Shown here: one piece after another, positions 1 to 64,000 of the stretch
How positions within the stretch are numbered: position 1 is the first letter of the stretch
How the letters are laid out: every line of letters begins with the position of its first letter
Notes under the pieces: generated by a model
Databases searched by the model: none
The model's input: the letters and a program-made list of their open reading frames with translations, nothing else
What the model was told of the DNA's origin: nothing
Assembly: GCA_951406725.2 (NCBI GenBank)
Contig: OX597820.1
Span: forward strand, 31,062,001-31,126,000
Reading direction: 5' to 3'
Source: Octopus vulgaris
Taxonomy: Eukaryota
Length of the DNA stretch: 64,000 nt
Made by a program: the position numbers and the translations under genes

Positions 1-167
1 TAGTTTTTATCTAATCATTTCACTTTATTTTCATCTATGTTCAAATATTCCATCCACTCTTATTAACCCCCAGAGACTGACTATGTGTGTCCAATTATAC
101 ACTTCAGCCAATCTTCTTTTGTCTATATTCCTTTTTAACAATACATTTCTCCACAATACTCTTTACT

Positions 168-507
168 CTTTTACTTGTTTCAGTTATTTGATTGTGGCCA
201 TGCTGGAGCACCACTTTTAGTCGAGCAAATCAAGCCCAGGACTTAGTCTTTGTAAGCCTAGTACTTATTCTATCGGTCTCTTTTGCCGAACCGCTAAGTT
301 ACGGAGACGTAAACACACCAGCATCGGTTGTCAAACACATATATACAACGGGCTTCTTTCAGTTTCCGTCTACCAAATCCACTCACAAGACTTTGGTTGG
401 CCCGAGGCTATACTAAAAGACACTTGCCCAAGGTGCCATGCAGTGGGACTGAACCCAGAACCATGTGGTTGGTAAGCAAGCTACTTACCACACAGTCACT
501 CCTATGC
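168..507 (-). mobile_element. tRNA-derived SINE, family 1. Other copies at about 1980-2340, 26515-26858, 43270-43648, 53407-53790 and 57540-57927; partial copies at 15525-15680, 16900-17035, 40095-40240 and 63560-63940.
   Basis: Dispersed, highly similar copies. The minus-strand head has A-box (GGCTGTGTGG) and B-box (GGTTCAGTCCC)-like motifs. Confidence 0.85.
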
Positions 508-855
508 CTATCAACAATAGTTAATCTTTTTACTTTGAGCTCTTGTGCAACATTTCATTAAACCAAAAGATACTTTTAAATTCTAGAACCTAACATATTC
601 CACAACTACTTGCCTGGCTTTGCCCTTTCAATTACATTTTAAATTTGCAACACATCTTTTATATTGACTGCTTGAGCACCTCAAAGCAAGCATTCACTCT
701 GCAAGTAATAGTAGTCACCTGATCTGAAGATAAAACAACTATGGATAACCCACTGTAGCATTTTAAAAATATTTCTACCACCTTAAGTTGGCCAGTGGAG
801 GAATTTCTACATGGCTGCTTCACACGCAAAAAATAGCAGCCAAGTTTCCCTCACG

Positions 856-1115
856 TAACATCACTTATTTCTTTATTGCCCACAAGGGGCTAAACATAGA
901 GGGGACAAACAAGGACAGACAAAGGGATTAAGTCAATTACATTGACCCCAGTGCGTAACTGGTACTTAATTTATCGACCCCGATAGGATGAAAGGCAAAG
1001 TTGATCTCGGCAGAATTTGAACTCAGAACGTAGTGGCAGATGAAATACCGATAAGCATTTCGCCCGGCATGCTAATGTTTCTGCCAGCTCACTGCCTTCA
1101 GATAACATCACTTAT
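856..1115 (-). mobile_element. tRNA-derived SINE, family 2, with target-site duplication. Relatives at about 33100-33315, 34790-34985, 61785-61995 and 62845-63055; clusters at 30850-31840, 37825-38400, 44100-45000 and 60290-61090.
   Basis: TAACATCACTTAT repeated at 856-868 and 1103-1115; head AGCTGGCAGAA…GAGTTCAAATTC; many copies, often joined by (AAT)n. Confidence 0.85.
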
Positions 1116-1240
1116 AACCCAAAAAACACTGGATGGTTATGGCTGGAGTACTTTTCATTAGAGTTGACTATGAGGTTAGGCAATAACTAATTCATGGTAT
1201 CAAAAATTACACTGACCAGATAAAAAAAGATCCGACTTAC

Positions 1241-58724
<57,484 letters not shown>

Positions 58725-59331
58725 CTGGAAAAAAAGGGCAGCATATACTTTTATAAGCAAAAGTTCTTCTTAAGTACAGTAGACAAGGAAAAAGAACCAA
58801 TCAATTATGTTTTTGAATAGTGGATCTTGAAGTGCATAAAACTATAAATAATATCGCAAAGAGTTTTTCAATCCAATGTTTACATGTTATTACTCATAGC
58901 TTTATGTGCTTCAAGATCTGCTCCAATAAAAAAATTATTTTATGTTTTCTCAAAAATTTATAAATTCTCATAAATTATTTTTTTGTGTGTAATTCACAAA
59001 AAGAAAAGAATTAAGGATAATTCCTTCAATTGAACCCAGACTATAACTGGTATGATTTTATCAAATTCCCACAGAGAGGAAAGAACAAAGAGCAAAAATG
59101 CCTCTGGAGAAATATGAACAAAGATGTAAGAGAGCAAACAAGATGATGTAAAGCAATGAGAGAAAGATGGTGGTGGTGGTGGGAGGAGGAGATACCATCA
59201 AGTAACAGGACCCCAGTTTATTGCTGGTACCACATTTTAATGAACTCTACTCTGATGCATGAAAGGGCCAAATTAAAAGTGAGAGGAATTAGAATATGCC
59301 AGAAAACCAGTCACACTTGCATGCAAGAACA

Positions 59332-59372
<41 letters not shown>

Positions 59373-59820
59373 CAATGACCAAGTCATCTGTGTGTTTGCT
59401 TGGCCAGCTTGAAATAGTAGCCAAACTTCCCTTACATCACACCCAACAGCTTTAAAAAAGGAGTCATTCATTAATGTAGTCATAAATACAGTATGCTTGG
59501 CAGGTTGGGGAGGGGTAGAGACTAGACAGTCACTTTTGGAAAACCTCTGATCATAAATTTTCTTGATCATAACCAACCAGGGGCTGAACAACCAGATATG
59601 TACACCTCTCTCTCTCTCTCTCCCTCTCTCACATACATTCCACACATATGTAAACCATTCAACACTGAATAGCTACCGAGAATAGACTTCTAACAATACC
59701 CTTACAGCAGAAACCACTTTATTAAGTCAGCCATCCTCATCATAGCCATGTGTAACTTTTTATACAAAACCACCACCACCAGCAGCAGCACCACCAATAG
59801 TAGTAGTAGTAATAATGATG

Positions 59821-59865
<45 letters not shown>

Positions 59866-60917
59866 TTAATAATGATGATGATGGTATGAACATGAAGCAT
59901 AGCAGAAAACAATTTAATTAAAAAAATAAAGAAATTTACACGTACTGAAATAAAAATTCCAGCAATTATGAATGCAACAAAAAAATGAGTTTTACAATGA
60001 AAAAAAAAATGTTTCGGATATTATAAATGATCAAAGACAATGATGATGATGATGGTGGGGGGGGGGGATGCTGCGGGGTGGTGGCAAAATAGTGATAATG
60101 ATAATGATGAATAAGTAATTAAAAATAATTCTACGCTCTGAGTATTAAAAATGAAAAAAAAAAAAAAAGGAAGTAAAAATAAGAAAAGTCTGACATAAAA
60201 GAAAAGGGGGAGAGGGGCCTTTAGTACTGCATTAAGCATATGTCTGAAACTATCTTAAAGAGACCATAACAACAACAACAACATCGTCCTTTCTACCATT
60301 GGCACAAGGCCTGAAATTTTGGGAGGAGGTGGGGCTAGTCGACTATATCAACCCCAGTACTTGGCTAGTACTTATTTTATTGACCCCGAAATGATGGAAA
60401 GCAAAGTTGACCTTGGCGGAATTTGAATTTGGAATGTAAAGATGGACAAAATGGTGATCGGCATTTTGTCTGGCATGCTAATGATTCTACAAGCTCACTG
60501 CCTTAATAATGGTTTCAAATTTTGGCACAAGGCCTGCAATTTCGAACAAGGGGATTACATTGACCCCAGTGGCATTTGAACCCTGAAAGGATGAAAGGTA
60601 GAATTTGAACTCAGAATATAGCTGCAGATGAAATACTGCTAAGCATTTCGCCTGGTGTGCTACCGATTCTGCCAGCTCACTGCCTTAATAATAATAATAA
60701 TAATAATGCTTTGTAATTTTGGTGCAAGGCCAGCAGTTTTGTGGGAGGGGGCAAGTCCACTACATCGACCCCAGTACTTGACTGGTACTTTATTGATTGA
60801 AAAAATAGGAAAAGCAAAATTGATTTCAGCAGTATTTGAACTCAGAACATAAAGAGTAAGAATAAATACAGTGAAAAATTTTTAGTGACACACTAACAAT
60901 TCTGCCAGTTCACCACC

Positions 60918-60956
<39 letters not shown>

Positions 60957-63900
60957 CTAATAATAATCCTTTCTACTATAGGCACATGGCCTGAAATTTG
61001 GGGGAGAGGGCTAGTTAATTACATCAATAACAGTGCTCCACTGGTACTTATTTAATTGACCTCGAAAATATAAAAGGCAAAGTTGACCTTGGTGAAATAA
61101 TGATGATGATGATAATAATAATAATAATAATAATAAAAATAATAATAATGATAATAATAATAATATAGATCATTATAATCACATCAACTATAATTTTTAG
61201 AATGCTTTAATCATATTGATGCTATTAGCCAGTAGTGAATAAAGGAAAAGAATAAAAGAGAATGATAAATAAGTAACAAAATAACAACAACAATAATAAT
61301 GACAATAATGAACAAAAATTCCTTTTAATTCTTTGTTTCGTTCTGAAAAACCCCTGCACCGAAAGTAGCGACAAACAATGTAGAAAGTGTTTCAAAAATA
61401 GACTCCTCTCTTGTAGTGTTTGCCAACATAGAATAATATTTCACTAGATGGAATGGAAAACAGGTTTGGATCAAGCTTCAGAAAGATTATTTGAGTGTAA
61501 AAGAGAATGGTAGACAAACAGACTCAGACAGATGTACTTGTCTTTTATCTTTTTCTTTTTTTCATCTCCTTTTAGTTCTTATTGTAAGTCCTAGACCAAC
61601 TCTACTTAAATTGATCTCATGGCACAGAGAGATGATTGAATAAAACATTCGATCATTATTTCTAGTTGTTGTTTAGCCCCAGGGTGAACCTGGATAGAAC
61701 AAACAATAACCAAAGGTAATCTAATTGTGACAATTCTGCTTCTCTTTTCTTCTTATAAGGCTGACAATATTTAAACCATGCAAAGGCAGTGAGCTGGCAG
61801 AAACAATAGCAGGCCAGGCAAAATGCTTAGCTGTATCTCGTCTGTCTTTATGTTCTGAGTTCAAATTCCACCGAGGTCGACTTTGCATTTCATCCTTTCA
61901 GGGTCAATAAATTAAGTACCAGCTGAGTACTGGGGTTGATCTAATTCAATGCCCACATCCCCCAAAATTTCGGGCCTTGTGCCTAGAGTAGAAAAGAATA
62001 TTTAAATCATGCATAGGTAACTTGGTGTGCAGCCTTTGAGGAGTTTCTAGGTTACTAATTTCATACTAAGACAAAATTTAATACGAAGACAAATATAATT
62101 AAGAACTGCAAAAAATTCTGTGTAAAGTGGGCAAGTAATATTTCATGCATATGTGTTTTATGATGCAACCCTCTCCCACTTGGAAATGGTATGATGCGGC
62201 CTCTAGTTGATGAAAAGTTGCCCATCCCTGATTTAAATTGTCCTTTTTAAAGATGCTTCAATGCATTTTGATGAACTGACTGCTATTTCAACTATACATA
62301 AGCTATCTTGTTGAGCAACTGTTTCTGATGTCAGGGTAAACTGTCCTAGAAATTGGGACTCAAAATACATGGTTCATCATTCATATGCTTAATGGTTGGT
62401 TTTTTGATACGAGCATGGCTTAGATGGCCGGTAACTGAAGCAGGATTTTCGGAGATGTTCATTCTGGCACTATCCCTTGCTTATTTTCAAGTGAGAGAAT
62501 TTTAAAATTATTTTTATTCCAGAGGAACTTGAAAGCATAGAGCTAGTGGACAATATGTTGACAGGAAATGTCAACAAATATCACCATTTGTTGCCTGGCC
62601 TCAAACAATGATGGCCATAGCTCAGCGTAGGTTGCAAACATTCGCACAGAAACGTGTATGCACATATGCAGATGTCTGTACATGCTTTTAGTCTCTGTCT
62701 GCTAAATTTTCTCATAAGACATTGCTTGGCCTTGACCTTATTTTCGAAACAGAAAACTTACTGAAGGAAACTTATTAGTTGATTGATATACATAGAGAGC
62801 ACAAATAAATAGAATTACATTAGTTGAATTACTGATAAATTCTTTTCTTTTCTACTCCAGGCACAAGGCCTGAAATTTTGGGGGAGGGGGCCACTTGAGA
62901 TCGACCCTAATACGCAACTGGTACTTAATTTATCAACCCTGAAAGGATGAAAGGCCAAGTTGACCTCAATGGAATTTGAACTCAGAATGTAAAGACAGAT
63001 GAAATACCGCAAAGCATTTTGCCTGGTGTGCTAATGTTTCTGCCAGTTCACCACCTTTACTGATATATTGTGTGGATTTAGGCTAAGGTCTAGAGGTTAT
63101 GGTAGAGTTCAACAGATTTAAACAAAACAAAAAAAATACAGGGCCATAAATTTTGAGATGGGGTAGAAATTGATCTCACAACCTTCTGATGGTGAATTCT
63201 ATAGCCTATCACTGGGCCTTACACCATAAACATAAGAACTACTAAACCTTTTACAAGTTGACAGACTAATAATCTTTTATCTCTAAAGAATATATTAAAA
63301 TGGAAAAAAAAGACAAAGTTCACATTGGACAAGACCATAACTAAAATCAAGGGAAACTCCACAGAGCTCGTGATCTGTTAGAAGCAGCAGCCATATCTCC
63401 ACCAAATCATTACACTTTACTGCCTTAAACAAGGAAGGATATATTGAACAATGTGGTCCTTAGTACAGTGTACCTAAGACATGGATGGTATGGTCATAAG
63501 AGCAATGTCTGACTATGAGTCTGTTCAATTAGGGCTGACCAGGGGCCAAACAGGAAAATAGTTTATTTACAGATGTTGTTTCCATCACTGGACTGTGGCC
63601 ATACAGGATCAACACATTGAAGGGTTTTGTAGAAGAAAAGAAAGAAAACAAAAACCCAACCCCAGTAATTTTGGTACATATTGTATTAGTCCTTTTATTT
63701 GCTAAACTGCCAAGTAGCAGGGATGTAAACAAACCGACATTTATTGTCAAATGGCTGGGGGTGGGGTATGGAAAACACACACACACAACAAGCTTCTACA
63801 CAGATTCCAACTACCAAATTCATTCACAAAGCATTAGTCAGCCTTGAGCTATAGCAGTAGACACTTGCCCAAGGTGCCATGCAGTGGGATTGAACACAAA

Positions 63901-64000
63901 ACCATTAGGTTGCAAAGCAAGCTTCTTAACTACCCTACCATGCCAGATAAAGACGTTTTTTTTTTTTCCTTTTTAAAAATATTTTAGATATTTTGGTTTC

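Noticed and set aside
58725-64000. The preceding ATP8A exon (PISL/TM4)
   Set aside because: Not found by eye; presumed to lie beyond the window end.

Overview
AT-rich, SINE-dense animal genomic DNA. The repeat families suggest an octopus/coleoid cephalopod, but this is an inference. The whole window lies inside one minus-strand gene, a P4-ATPase phospholipid flippase of the ATP8A class (ATP8A1/ATP8A2-like). I traced 22 intact GT-AG exons plus one apparently broken exon, from just before the DKTGT phosphorylation motif (58724) to the TM7-TM8 region (1241). The gene continues beyond both ends of the window. Exon phases join in frame except at the broken exon. Main points: (1) two homologous 75-nt exons for the TM5-TM6 segment (11787-11861 and 9308-9382), which look mutually exclusive; (2) a TSD-flanked head-to-head pair of tRNA-headed elements carrying Penelope-type minimal hammerhead ribozymes (47329-47870), with further degenerate hammerheads at about 5.9-6.6 kb and 54.4 kb; (3) an exon (…NEHSLD, ending at 35190) whose 5' part and acceptor seem replaced next to a 25/32-bp minisatellite; (4) a 114-bp perfect spacerless palindrome; (5) a 5S-rRNA-headed SINE sharing its core with tRNA-headed SINEs. 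Introns also hold a deleted mariner, piggyBac-like MITEs, LINE remnants and microsatellites. Nearly all ORF-track entries are spurious. Repeat boundaries were read by eye and are approximate.
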